DNA from: Octopus sinensis
Taxonomy: Eukaryota
DNA: 64,000 nt
Assembly (NCBI RefSeq): GCF_006345805.1
Contig: NC_043002.1
Span: forward strand, 88,846,001-88,910,000
Direction: 5' to 3'
Shown here: positions 13,848-28,167 of the stretch, in pieces
Numbering within the stretch: position 1 is the stretch's first letter
Layout of the letters: each line of letters begins with the position of its first letter
The notes under the pieces: generated by a model
The model's input: only the letters and a program-made list of their open reading frames with translations
Databases searched by the model: none
Told to the model about the DNA's origin: nothing
Position numbers and translations under genes: made by a program

Positions 13848-14569
13848 CATATATATATATATATATACATATATATATAGCGGCATACGTACACTTTGGT
13901 CTCTTATATGTAAGTATCATTATTTCATACATGCACAACAAATTAAACTGTTGGAAAAGAAAAATCTCTAACATCAGGCTACAACCTTAGATACCAAAAA
14001 CCTTCCTAAGTATCCTAGCTGTCCCTAATAACACTTTTTTCTGGAGCTGCCCTAGACTAGGCTTTATGCCTATTTCCTCTCTCTGTTTGTTCAAATCTTT
14101 TGGGAGAGCTCCTAATGCACCCAAATTTCTATCAAATCATGCTACTGTTCTTAAAACAAGGCACATTGAATAATGTAGTCCTAGATACAGTATTCATACC
14201 TGTGAAATGGTCTTAATCACAGGTCTGCTTGACCAGGGTTTACCTCTACATGATTGTTAGATTTGTAAGAAACTGCAACCAAATCTCCATCAAATCACCT
14301 TTTTTTAAGATGGCATTCTGTTGGTATTTCTAGCAAGCCAAGTCACCACATAGAGGTGCCCTCATTGGCCCATTGCATTGTTAGCAGGTTGCTGTATATC
14401 TTAGTACTTGTCATAACAGTTTTGAAGTTATTTACAGTTTAATGAATATTTCAAGTGTTTCGTTTCAATATTGGGAATTGTTGAAGCTGGAATATTAAAC
14501 ATATTTATTATTTTTCTCCTAACTTTGCATTTTTAAACAATTTTTATTGCTTTCCTATGCATAAATATA

Positions 14570-14625
14570 TGCATGTATGTATGTATGTATGTGTGTGTGT
14601 ATGTATGTATGTATGTATGTATGTA

Positions 14626-14658
<33 letters not shown>

Positions 14659-15055
14659 ATGTATGTATGTATGTGTGTGTATGTATGTATGTATGCATGT
14701 ATGTATGTATGTGTGTATGTATGTATGTATGTATGTATGTATGTATGTATGTGTGTATGTATGTATGTATGTATGTATGTATGTATGTATGTATGTATGT
14801 ATGTATGTATGTGTGTGTGTGTATATATGTATGTATGTGTTTGTATATATATGTATGTGTGTATGTATGTATGTGTGCAAATATCTGTGTATGTATACAT
14901 GTATGTATATGTATACATATATGTATGTGTGTATGTATGTATGTATGTATGTATGTATGTACGTATGTATGTATGTGTGTATGTATGTATGTGTGCAAAT
15001 ATCTGTGTGTATGTATGCATGTATGTATACATATATGTATGTGTGTATGTGTTTG
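14570..15055. repeat. (ATGT)n/(GT)n compound microsatellite
   Basis: Directly visible; it generates the MYVC/HTYI pseudo-ORFs. Confidence 0.97.
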
Positions 15056-15802
15056 TGTACGTCTGTGCTTGTTCAAGTGTTTATGTTTTGACATCACATG
15101 CTAACTAAAAACAAACAACATCATCATCATATTAACAATGGCATTCATTTGCAATTTTCTCTGAAAATATGTATTGTCATTGTACTACTTGTATTTAAAG
15201 GACAGGAAGAAATAATACTTTGCTAGGAAATAAATGAGTGTTGGGGACAGGAAGAGTACCCAGCCTCAGAAAATTTGCCTCAATGAATTTGGCTTGACCC
15301 ATGCAAGCATGAAGGTGGAGGTGCATGGCTTAATGGTTAGAGTGTTGGACTCATGATCGTAAGATTATGGTTTCAATTCTTGGACCAGGCAACGCATTGT
15401 GTTCTTGAGCAAAACACTTCATTTCACGTTTTTCCAGTTCATTCAGCTGGCAAAAGTGAGTAATCCTGCAATGGACTGATGTCCTGTCCAGGTAGAGAAT
15501 TTATACACCATGGAAACCAGGAAACTGGCCCTTATGAGTTAACTTATGAGTTAACATGACTCAAGAAGCTAACTAACTTCACCTATACAAACATGAAAAC
15601 ATGGACTTTAAAATGATTAATGATGATGATGATGATGTGTGTGTGTATCTGTATGTCTGTGTGTGTGTGTGTGTGTGTGCAAGCACATACATATACTCAC
15701 TCACACACATGTGCACACACACACAAACATACACATATATATTATGTACAGACGTAGCTGTGTGATAAAAAGCTTGCTTCCAAACTACATGGTTCTGGGT
15801 TC

Positions 15803-15937
<135 letters not shown>

Positions 15938-17339
15938 TGAAATGAAATGTAAGTTATCTCTTGTACTAAATTAATTTTAATTTGGACTTTAAGTGGTTTC
16001 ACCACAATTTTTATCTGACTGGTTTAGAGTTTTCCTATACCCTCATCAGGGAAAAAAAAGTATTTATCTTCTGTCCACAGAGAGAGATTTGTGGCTTATA
16101 GCTATTTATTGTATATACAAACCAGAACTCAGCCAAACCATAATAGGGCATGTGCTGAAAACATGGATTATTTAATTGAATCAGAGTGAAGTGCTTTGGA
16201 GGATTTGAAAAGGTATAAGTTTTTAATTAACATATAATTTTATTGGGATGTAATTTGAGGCAGATTTGGTTGCTATTTTCTAGTAGGCTCTGTGATAATA
16301 TAGAGACTTACACATTAGTTTTGCACTTAGTGACTGTGTGCATGTGTTGCAGAATCTGGTAGTGTGAAGAAGAAAATGTTTTGTTGTATCTGTGCAGTAT
16401 GAAACTCAAAGTAAGACAAGCACCAAATGCTGAAACTTTATCTTCAGAATTACTATTTGCAACGCCATCCGGAGGAAAGAAGGAAGGCATATTCTGCAAA
16501 ATTAGAAGATATTTTCTTGGCAAAAAATCAGAACATTAAGTTGCAATTTGGGAGGTGAGAAAGCTTGCAAACTATGTGATGCACTAAAGGTATGTTCAAT
16601 TTCCTAATGGTTTTTTGGTAGAAGTTATAGTATTAAATAAATTCCACCCATTTGACTTCCACTGGGTGTTGTAGAAATTGTTCATTTGTGCATAATTGTG
16701 TTTGAGGGTTGGTGTTGTTGATTAGCCCTCGGATTGACCAACCTGTGATCAAATGCATTCCAGCCATGACCATTTTGTCCTGTACCAAATATCTAAGGTT
16801 ACATTATCCCCTGTGTTCTTTTTTGTTTCTGTTGATGGAGTTTAATTGGTGAGAGATTCGACTGGTATTTGTAGCAGGCTTAGAAACCATGTAGAGCCCC
16901 ACCAACTTCCATTGTTTTGGGAGTTTTGATAAAAGTAAGAAATGTGGATGGAAATGTGTAAGATTACAAAACTTGGTCACTCAATTAACTGTCTTGGATC
17001 AAAATTAAAGCATAAAACTAACAAAGTTTTTGTTTTAACCACTTACTGAGAAAGGGAAAGAGTAACTCCCATCTCCCTCTCCATGACCTTTATTTTTCAG
17101 GGTCTTCAAAACAGGTAGAACAGGGTATTATTCTCAAACATATCGTCCAGTTCTCTAAAACTTTACCAGTCCGCTGCTCTGGATTGGTACTTTATTTCAT
17201 TAACCTCCAAAATGATGACAGTAAAGTTGACTTTAGCAGGACTTGAACTCAAAATACAAAGAGCTGGAGCAAATACCACAAAGTAACTATGTAGGTGACT
17301 TAAAATACCAGAGATTTTGGGGCTGTTGTATGGTAGGAA

Positions 17340-17930
17340 TATGTTAGGTATCAATACAAGTATTAGTTCCTTTTCTGCCTACGAGCACATTGGACAGCAA
17401 GCTAACACCACTGGTCTCAGTCGGTTGTGGTTTTCTCCACATCCAGGCATGCAATATTGGCCTCTCTCATGTTAGTTATGAACGTTCTGCACCGTGTAGC
17501 TTCCAGTCTGGCTTTCTTCCCTTTTCCCTCTGGTTGTGTCCACTTAAAAGCTGTTTTAGAATGACTGCTCTTGTAGCTGGAGTATGTGACCTGCTAGTTT
17601 TAATCTTCATTCTGTGTTGAATTTGCAAAGTGGTCTTATGATGGCTCCTTTTAGAATGTTTTGATTGGTTATGCGGTCTCTCCAGTACATTCTCAGAATC
17701 TTTCTCAAGTATCTTTGGCAAAACATCTCTAGCTTTCTTTTGATTTTCAGTGTTATTCCATGTCTCACTAACATAGAGAACTGTTGGTAGAATTATGTTA
17801 TTATAGAGCCAGATCTTTGTGTATAGGCCAATGGTGTTGGAAGACTAGATTGCACACATTCTCTGGAATATGGTTGCAGCTTTTCCAATTTCTTGGTTGA
17901 CATCAGCGTCAACATCGCCATTATTACTGA
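17340..17930 (-). mobile_element. Old RTE LINE fragment (RT C-terminus)
   Basis: Minus-strand translation GDVDADVNQEIGKAATIFQR...KIWLYNNIILPTVLYVSETW with stops. Confidence 0.75.
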
Positions 17931-18764
17931 TGATGAAGATGATGATGATCATCATCATCGTTTAATGTCCGCTTTCCATGCTAGCATGGGTTGGACGAAC
18001 CAGATGGTTGCACCAGACTCCAATCTGATCTGGCAGAGTTTCTATAGCTTGATGCCCTTCCTAACGCCAACCACTCCGAGAGTGTTGTGGGTGCTTTTAC
18101 ATGCCACCGGCACAAGGGCCAGTCAGGCGATACTGGCAACGGCCATGCTCAAATGGTGATTTTTATGTGCCACCTGCACAGGAGCCAGTCCAGCAACACT
18201 GGTAACGATCTCGCTTGAATGTTTTTTCACGTGCCACCAGCACAAGTGCCAGTAAGGCAACGCAGGTAATGATCACGCTCAAATGGTGTTTTTTATGTGC
18301 CATCGGCATGGAGGCTAGCTTGTTGCTCTGGCTGTTACCCAAATAGTTGAATCTCACTACTGAATTGTCTTTGGTAAGTGGGGATTAGAGAATCTGATGG
18401 AGACAGAGAAGTTTTAGGAAGAGGAAGTGGTCAGGCATCAGTGCCATGGTCAATGACAAGAAAAGGTGAAGATAGCAACAAGTGCTGACAGTGCAAAAAG
18501 CAAATAATGTGGTCCCTGTGATAATTTTTTTGAGGGCAGTTCAGAGCCAAGAGAATTTGTATACTGTGAAGTTCTCAAAGTTGATGTTTTCAAAGAGAGG
18601 ATAGTGAAGTAGGTGATTATAACATAGAAGAACAGATGAATGCAAAGTGTTGGTGGTTGAATGAGTTCAAGAAGAAGCAGAGGCAGAAAGTGAAATTAAA
18701 GGCATTAAGAGGAGAATCATCAAGCCAGAGTAACAGGATCGCAAGTGTCTTTTACTATAACCTC

Positions 18765-19070
18765 AGGCTGACCAATGCCTTGTGAGTGGATTTGGTAGAC
18801 GGAAACTGAAAGAAGCCCATTGCATATATGTATATATATGTATGTGTGTGTTTATGTTTGTGTGTCTCTGTTTGTCCCCAACAACATTGCTTGACAACCG
18901 ATGCTGATGTGTAACTTAGATGCCCGTAACTTAGCGGTTTGGCAAAAGAGACCAATAGCATAAGTACTAGGCTTACAAAGAATAAGTCCTGGGGTCGATT
19001 TGCTTGACTAAAGGCGGTGCTCCAGCATGGCCACAGTCAAATGACTGAAACCAGTAAAAGTAAAAGAGTA
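18765..19070 (+). mobile_element. SINE family A copy, 5'-truncated
   Basis: GCCTTGTGAGTGGATTTGGTAGACGGAAACTGAAAGAAGCCC, internal microsatellite, and GGCGGTGCTCCAGCATGGCC tail. Confidence 0.8.
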
Positions 19071-19149
19071 TAGCCCCCCCCCACCAAAGGGCAATATGGA
19101 GCCCAGCTAAGAACCACCACTCTAAACTTTCACCACCTAACACAAAGCC

Positions 19150-19245
<96 letters not shown>

Positions 19246-19479
19246 ATTGTAGCCCCACACTCAGTCATGAAAAGAAACACCCAGTGCACTCTGCAAAGTG
19301 GTTGGTATTAAGAAGAGCAACCAGTTATAGAAACCTTGCCAAAACAGACAATAGACCCTGGTTCAGTCCTCTGGTTTGCCAGCTCTTGTCAAATCCTCTA
19401 ACTCATGCCAGCATGGAAAACAGACGTTAAATGATGATCATCTTCATGATCATGATCATATACACAAGTAGACAGAGGT

Positions 19480-19891
19480 ATATATGTGTGTATGTACATG
19501 TGTATGTGTTTGTGTGTATGTGTGCATGCACATATGTGTGTGTGCTTGCTTGTATGTATGTATACATGTGTGTATACACGTGTGTGTATTTGTTTATGCA
19601 CATGTGTGTATGTTTGTTTGCATGTGTGTATGCACATGTATGTGTTTGTGTGTGTATTTACATCTGACTGTTTGTGTGTATGTGCGTATGCACATGTGTA
19701 TGTATGTGTGTATACACATGTGTGTGTGTTTGAGTGCATGTGAGCATGCACATGTGCATGTGTTTGTGTGTATGTGTGTATACATGTGTGTGTGTTTGTG
19801 TGCATGTGTATGCACGTGTGTGTGTATGTGTATGCACATGTGTGTGCGTGCATGTATGTGTATATACACATGTGTGTGTGTATGTGTGTGT

Positions 19892-19946
<55 letters not shown>

Positions 19947-19963
19947 TGTGTGTGTGTGTGTGT
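19480..19963. repeat. Degenerate (TG)n/(TGCA)n microsatellite
   Basis: Directly visible. Confidence 0.95.
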
Positions 19964-20717
19964 TATTTCTAATCATGTGCTTATAAATTTATGCGTTTGG
20001 TTGAGTGCCTGCTCTGTTTTATCAGTGGTCTTTATCTTCACTCTCCCATAAAGATTTTCTTGTGACCAAATATTTTCGTTTAAAAACCACAAAGAAACAT
20101 CTGACAGAATCAGTTTTAAGCTCCTCTCCATTCATATTCTTTTTGGATCTGGAGGAGGCTTTACAATTATGATTTCCTCAAAGCCTTTCAGTAAATAGAA
20201 GTAAAATGTAACAAAAGGTTTGCTTATGGCTTTGTTTGACTGCTTTCAGTGTGTCTTTTGTAAATAGTAAGTGTAAATTCCTAACCACAGGGAACGTCAG
20301 TGCTTGTGTGTGTGTGGGTTGGTGTGTGGGCGTGTTATATAGCCTGCTTATATCTACATAATAGATGTGTGGAGGTCTCATTATTGTTTGTGCCATAGGA
20401 ATAGAATGTGTTACAATGCCATAGTCCTATCTTTTGACCCAATAACTCGAAACAAACCTCATTTACTTGCATTAATTGTAAAATCACATAGGGAAAATAT
20501 CCATAAATGAACAGAAAAAAACATATTATATTTCAAATATATACACCCTCCAATAATCATAACTACACCAACATAAATCCAACAAGATGGTCACACACTT
20601 TGCAAGAAATGGCAAATAAATTTCCCTTTGGTTTATTGCTACTATCTTAAAAACAGACATAACTTTGATTGTAAAACAATTCAATCACTTATATATATAT
20701 ATATATATATATATATC

Positions 20718-20755
<38 letters not shown>

Positions 20756-20959
20756 GTAACCACATGTGGACTGTCTTCCTTTTCTCTTGGACTTTCCCCT
20801 GTCTCCTGTTTCTGAAGAAGAGCTTTGTTTGAAACGTAATACACCTTTTCTTTCTTTCTCTGGGCATCATATTAATACTTTGCATGTACCACGTCCTCGC
20901 ATTATTATTTTTTTCTTGTTGTCCTTTTCTCTCTGTTTTTTTATTAATTATATATATAT

Positions 20960-21270
20960 ATATATATCACCGTGACCGATCAGGCTATCAGATGTTGCTA
21001 CACATCACTAGTCACAATGTGCTTCGCATTGTTTTAGCCTTCAAATGATGCCACCCCACTGGCTAAGCGAGCAGGCCAACAGAAGAAAGAGTGAGAGAAA
21101 GTTGTGGTGAAAGAGTACAGCAGGGATCGCCACCAACCCCTGCCGGAGCATCATGGAGCTTTAGGTGTTTTCGGTCAATAAACACTCGCAACACCTGGTC
21201 AGAGTATTGAAACCGTGATCCTACAACCGCGAGTCCACTACCTTAACCACTGGGCCATTGCGCCTCCGCA
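20960..21270 (-). mobile_element. tRNA-derived SINE (family C; related copy at 30850-31108)
   Basis: Minus-strand head GGAGGCGCAATGGCCCAGTGGTTAAGG; shares AAAGAGTGAGAGAAAGTTGTGG with the 30850 copy. Confidence 0.7.
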
Positions 21271-21275
21271 TATAT

Positions 21276-21329
<54 letters not shown>

Positions 21330-21339
21330 ACATATATAT

Positions 21340-22212
21340 ACGAGCAAAACGCCCCCCCAATCAATGAACAGTGCTGTGTTGTCAAACATTTAAACCAAAT
21401 TTTCTCAAAACAACTTGTCCAACCGTCCCATAGGCCTCCCCTTTGAGAAACACTAATTTAACCTAAATTTGAGACACCAGCAAAAGAAGAAATAAAGACT
21501 TTTTTTCTATTCCAAGAAAAACGATTTTACAAATGCACATTCCCACGGCTTTATCGATCGCATTCTCACCTGGAATCGATTTTTGTAATTTTTTCAAGAC
21601 TTATACATATCAAATTTGAGCGCAATCAGATGGAGGATGCTCAAGATCCTAGAAGACACACACACAGACAGGCAGAACGATTTTATATAATAGATATTCA
21701 CATCATTTGACCAATCCCAGATAAATAAGTAACCAATCTGTTTATATAAGTAACGAGCAAAACGCCACCCATCCAATCGACGGTGCTGAGTTGTCAAACA
21801 TTTAAACCAAATTTTCTCAAAACAACTTTTTTGACCGTCCCATAGGCCTCCCTTTTTAGAAACACTGATTTAACCTAAATTTGAGACACCAGCAAAAGAA
21901 GAAATAAAGATAGACTTTTTTTCTATTCCAAAGAAATATGATTTTATTCACACAAATATGCAACCAAAGAGTTTAAAGTACCAGTAAGTACATCACAACA
22001 GCTGATGTACTTGCACGCACAAATGCACGTTCCCACGGCTTTATCGATCGCATTCTCACCTGGAATCGATTTTTGCAATTTTTTCAAGACTTATACACGC
22101 CCTGGTACCGTCAGGATCTTCATATCAAATTTGAGCGCAATTGGATGGAGGATGCCTGAGATCCTAGAAGACACACACACAGACAGACAGAACAGATTTT
22201 ATATAATAGATA
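21340..22212 (+). mobile_element. Tandem pair of a non-autonomous repeat, possibly Helitron-like
   Basis: Two similar units (about 21340-21712 and 21753-22212), each ending CAAATTTGAGCGCAAT...ACACACAGACAG...TTTTATATAATAGAT. The superfamily call is an inference from the end structure only. Confidence 0.5.
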
Positions 22213-22279
22213 AATCCAGTTGCTTCAAAGAAATGGGGCAACTAATTTGCATGGTATAAAAATTTAGTGGAGTACATGT

Positions 22280-22735
22280 GTGTGTATCATTTATATTATA
22301 TATATATATATATATATATATTCATATACACGTGTGTGTATATATATATACATATATTATGTATATATATTATATATTATATATTCATATACACGTGTGT
22401 GTATATATATATACATATATATGTATATATATGTATATATAATATATATATATATATATAATCATACATATATACATATATATACATATATATACATATA
22501 CATATACGTATATATACATATATATATATACATATATATATATATACATATATATACATACATATATATACATATATTATATACATACATATATACATAC
22601 ATATATATATATATATATATTTATACATACAGATATATATATGTATATATATATGTATATGTATATGTATACGTATATATATATATATATATATATTATT
22701 ATATTATATAATATATATATAATATATATAATATA

Positions 22736-22774
<39 letters not shown>

Positions 22775-22775
22775 G
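22280..22775. repeat. (TA)n-rich microsatellite
   Basis: Directly visible; similar tracts at 2030-2420 and 13670-13880. Confidence 0.95.
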
Positions 22776-23519
22776 ACACACACATGCACTCTGCTAAATT
22801 CTTATAGTATGCAAATTAGTTGCTCCAGTTCTCTGAAGTGACTGGATTTGTTGTCTATACAAACACGTTGCTTTCTTTATTATTTGGGATTGGTCAAATG
22901 ATGTAGACATTCTTTGAAGAAAATTCAATAACATTCAAAAAGAGTTATTCATAAGCTTTTTTTATTTTTTAGATTAAATCTACATAATTTGCGCTATTTG
23001 TATGTCTCCTATAGAAGTTACAGAAAATGTGTATGTGTGTGTGTGTGTGTGTGCGTGTGTGCAATCTAAACTTAGGGAATAGAATAGATAAAATTCAGGG
23101 CTACATATGTTTCCTTGCAAGCAGAACCTCGAAAGTAGCAATTACCCAAACCAGGGGTAATCTGCTAGCTACTTGTTGGGCCAAAGATACCGTAGTCAAA
23201 TGAAAGTTACATTGTCATCAAGGGATCCCATGTTAACTCACAAGAGATTTGATCGAAAATTTGGGATTTTTATCTGCATATACAGCAACCCCAGCTGCTA
23301 ACCATGAACCCTAAAATAACTTTTTTCAGCTCATCGAACTTTGATATGGGAAAAATTTACAACTTTTTACATCAATAAACCACTTTTGTTTCTGAAAGTT
23401 GTTTTTTATACACTATACAGACTGCTCAAAGCTTATGCACTTCCAAGACCCTGATCCTTGAATCTTACCTTTACATATTACTATGTATGTGTGTGTGTCT
23501 ATATATATATATATATACA

Positions 23520-23563
<44 letters not shown>

Positions 23564-23929
23564 CATATATAGCACAGGCCCTCAGAAATTCCAAGTTGGT
23601 CTCTAAAATGCTGGCTGACCATTGCAAGTCAAGTATATCTCAGCTTTTGTTAAAACATATTTCTAGGAGAAGTTCACTCTCATATATAACCAGATATGCA
23701 GGGAATGGCACTGACTATTTTGGGGACCTTTTGCTTGCACTTTGAGATCATGGCAAGGTGACTTTTCGATGACTGATCAAATAGAAGGGTGCCACAATGA
23801 GCTTGGAAGCTGCAGGCATGAACCTGGGTGAAACAGACCAGAAGTGCAATAACCCCATGGACAGGCATTGCTGGCATTTTGCATGAGCAATAGTCAGGGA
23901 TGGGTTTCCTCAATCATGAGTGGACAGCT

Positions 23930-23980
<51 letters not shown>

Positions 23981-24388
23981 TTAAATAATGAGGGAGATAA
24001 ATTAATATTAATTTTAATATCAATTTAACACCAGTAGTCCAGCATACAAAAAATCTGAGAAGTCAGAGAAAATTCTAATATATGTGTATATTTTCTAGCA
24101 TACGGCCGACTCCCTAGCAGTAATGCCAATATACACATATATATATATTTATTTATATATATATATATATATAAAATTAGAAGAAAAACACCTTTTATCA
24201 ATTCAAAATGAACAATTAAATTACACCATCTAGAAAATTACATATAATAGAAAAGTTAAAGTTAAAATAGCAATAACATTTAAATATTAAGTAAATTGCA
24301 AAAATAATAATATATTGTGTGAAATTTGATTTAGTATTTCTAAATTGAATTTTTTTCCTTGTAAGTTTGGATTTTATTCCCTCAAATA

Positions 24389-24417
<29 letters not shown>

Positions 24418-24419
<2 letters not shown>

Positions 24420-24785
24420 GAGGAGTGGCTGTGTGGTAAGTAGCTTGGGCAAGTGTCTTCTACTATAGCCTCGGGCCGACCAAAGCCTTGTGAGTGGATT
24501 TGGTAGACAGAAACTGAAAGAAGCCCGTCGTATATATGTATATATATATATATATGCGTGTGTGTGTTTGTGTATCTGTGTTTGTCCCCCTAGCATTGCC
24601 TGACAACCGATGCTGGTGTGTTTATGTCCCCATCACTTAGCGGTTTGGCAAAAGAGACTGATAGAATAAGTACTGGGCTTACAAAAGAATAAGTCCCGGG
24701 GTCGGGTTGCTCGATTAAAGGCGGTGCTCCAGCATGGCCGCTGTCAAATGACTGAAACAAGTAAAAGAGTAAAGAGTAAGAGTAT
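24418..24785 (+). mobile_element. SINE family A copy with an internal deletion in the head
   Basis: GGAGTGGCTGTGTGGTAAGTAGCTTG joins directly to GGCAAGTGTC, with CTTG microhomology. Confidence 0.8.
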
Positions 24786-25522
24786 ATATGTATAGATAGA
24801 TAGATATACATATATATGTATATATATATATATATATATCATCATATATATATACATATAGACATATATAAATATGTGCATGTGTTTGCACAGACATACG
24901 CACATTTCTCACGTGGTCTTTGACATATTTTCTCTAAAGACTATATGTGGGACTTGTGAAATGTGACAGAAACAATACATCTATTGTATGCTAACAAGAC
25001 AAAGAGACACATACACATATGTAATATACATACACACCATTTGAACACAGAACGTAAAATCAGAAGAAATTCTACAAACTATTTTGTCCGGTATGCTAAC
25101 AATTCAGCCAGCTCACCATGTTAATAATTCCTTGAAATATAGGCACAAGGCTTGAAATTTTAGGGGAGGGGAGGGGACACTCAGTTACATTGACCCCAGT
25201 ATATGCACACACACACACACACACACATACACACACACACACACATACACACATATTATGATATATAGATAGATAGATAGATAGATAGGTAGATACATAC
25301 ATACATACATAGGCAGGTAGGCAGACAAACAGACAGGCAGGCAGGCAGGCAGGCAGACAGGCTGGTGGACAGAAGGATGGATGAACAGAGAGTTGCACAG
25401 ACAAACAGACAGACAGAAACAAACAAAGACAGCAGGCAGGCAGGCAGGCAGACAGGCTGGTGGACAGAAGGATGGATGAACAGAGAGTTGCACAGACAAA
25501 CAGACAGACAGAAACAAACAAA

Positions 25523-25554
<32 letters not shown>

Positions 25555-25633
25555 AGCAGACAGACAGACAGACAGATGGACGGACGGACGGACGGACGGA
25601 CGGACGGACGGACAGACAGACAGACAGACAGAC

Positions 25634-25666
<33 letters not shown>

Positions 25667-26152
25667 TAGATAGATAGATATTGGCTCTACCATCTAATTT
25701 ATACAAAATATTTCTATGGTTAATATGTTATTAATACCTTAGCTTTGCCTGTCCCTTCTACCTTAATTTCGATAACAAAAGGCAACCTCCTCACACCACC
25801 ACCACCACCAGTGATGAAAGAATTCTTAGAAGGCAATTAACTGATTGACTGATTGAATGATCAATCAAAAAATTGAATAGTTACATGGTTAATTATTTCA
25901 TTTGTTGGTTAATGATAATGATAATAATAAGCAGTGAAACAGAACTAGTGCATGGGTTTTTCTTGGCAAATTGACACTCTCAAATGTGGAACATCATCTT
26001 TTTCAACTTACAATTTCACATCAAGAATCTTGCAAAATAAATTAAATGAATTAGTTATTGTGTCGCTTGGAAAGTTCAGTACCTTACAGTAATAACTTCA
26101 TACTAATTTCATCCTAGACTATCTGAAGATTCCTATGTGTGTAAATCTTTAA

Positions 26153-26360
26153 CCCTTTAGCATATCCGGCCAAAATATTTAACCTGTTTTATATTGAAAC
26201 TGACCAGATCTCGCCTCTCATCTCAGCCCTACCATGTCATTCTCAAGCTAAAAAAATCACATCAATGAAATCTCAAAACTACAAGATAATGCATGATTAA
26301 TTCAAACCATTTTAAATAAACAAACATCACATTTGACAGAATAATCTGAACACTAAAGGG
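26153..26360. mobile_element. piggyBac-type MITE
   Basis: TTAA|CCCTTTAG ... CTAAAGGG|TTAA: terminal inverted repeats with a TTAA target duplication. Confidence 0.85.
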
Positions 26361-27146
26361 TTAAACAAATAAACACAAGTATTCATAAAATGTACATGCA
26401 CAAGTCGAAATATTACAGGAAAATCTGGAAATTATGTAGCCTCATGTGCGGATTCAGAAGTTGTTATTTTATTTTGTTTCACTGTATAAAGTCACAAACT
26501 ATTGTTCACCCCTTTAGCATTCAGCCTTCTCTGTCAAATGTAATGCTTATTTATTCACATTGATTTGAATTAATCCTGCATTATCTCATAGCAGCAAGAT
26601 TTCAATGATGCGACAGGTCATTTTTATAGCATAGTAACATAAGTGTGAGAGGCCAGATCCAGATGATTTGAACATAAAACAGGTAGAATATTTTTGCCAC
26701 ATACTTCATTATTCTGTTTCAGCCATTGGACTGCAGCCATACTGGAGCACTGCCTTAAAGGGTTTTAGTCAATGAAATCAACCCCAGGACTTATTCTTTG
26801 GAGGCCTAGTACTTATTCTAGCAGTCTCTTTTGCCAAACCATTAAGTTACAGGAACGTAAACACACCAACATCGATGGTGGGGAGACAAACACAGACACA
26901 AACACACACATAGATGCATATATACATCATCATCATCATCATCATTTAGCGTCCGCTTTCCATGCTAGCATGGGTTGGACGGGTCAACTGGGGTCTGTGA
27001 AGCTGGAAGGCTTCGTCAGGCCCAGTCAGATCTGGCAGTGTTTCTACGGCTGGATGCCCTTCCTAACGCCAACCACTCCGCGAGTGTAGTGGGTGTTTTT
27101 TACATGCCACCTGTACATACATACATACATACATATATATATATAT

Positions 27147-27186
<40 letters not shown>

Positions 27187-28167
27187 AATGGGATTCTTTC
27201 AGTTTCCATCTACCAAATCCACTCACAAGGCTTTGGTTGGCCAAAGGCTTTAGTAGAAGACACTCGCCCAAAGTGGCGTGTTTAAATGCTAATGGATTAA
27301 CAATTTACATTCTCTTTGTTTAATAAAATGTCTTTTGGGGAAAGTTTACAGTTAATGAGAGAAGGAAAAGTTCTTGTCAGAGTGAACTCCTTTGACTGGT
27401 GTTAGTTTTTATGGAAGGAGTGAGCCTCTGTCTCTAGTGTGAGATTCTGTGCATGCCTCTATGTATGGTGTGAATGGAGATGGTGAAGGCAATAGTAGAT
27501 TGACAGTTGTGATGGTAATGGGGTGATAGTAATAGTAAGAGCTGTAGTTGAGATAGAGGTGGAGGCGATAGTGATGGTGGTGGTAGCTGAGGTGGTCAGA
27601 GATCACGGTGATTGTAAGCCATGTGAAAAACAGTGGTGATGGTGGTAGAGGGGAAGGTGGCAAAGTCAAAGGTATTGACAGTGGTGGCGTCAGAAGTCTG
27701 AATGGTGTGAGTATGGCAGCTGTGGTGATGATGGTGGTGGTACTGGTGATGGTGATGGTTGAAAACAATCAACAAAGAGAGAGAGATTAAATAGAAAAAA
27801 AATGGAACTGACCCTGAATAAGAAGGCAAAAAAATGTTTATCATTCAGCTTTGCAATAAGTTCCAAGTCGACAAATTATATCACTGCTTTGATGAAAATT
27901 GTTCATTTCTTGAAAAATATTGGTCAAGTTTAATAAAATTCAATATGTACTCAATGCATGAAATGTCATTGTTGGGTTTAAGGCACAATGAAGAGCCCTC
28001 CACAAGAGCTAGCTTTAGTTTCAAATATATATCGTGATTGCTAAGGATAAAACAAAAGTTGCTTCCCTTGAGTAGCTCCTCGCAAGAAAATTAAAATGGG
28101 AGGTAACTATTGCGAACAGTAATACAGTTATCTCTCGTGCCTCTTTTAGTATATTTACACCTCTACT

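Noticed and set aside
16398-16589. 192-nt exon-like segment with good AG/GT sites and a 46-aa ATG ORF (MKLKVRQAPNAE...)
   Set aside because: Stops occur in all three frames, there is no homology and no linked exons. It could be a non-coding exon but this cannot be supported.
25330-25680. Duplicated roughly 80-90-bp unit within GGCA/GACA/GGAC repeats
   Set aside because: Ordinary slippage duplication in a compound microsatellite; not CRISPR-like (no unique spacers).
27409-27790. ORFs rich in His/Thr/Pro or Gly/Val/Met
   Set aside because: Degenerate (GGT/GAT)n low-complexity sequence without splice support.
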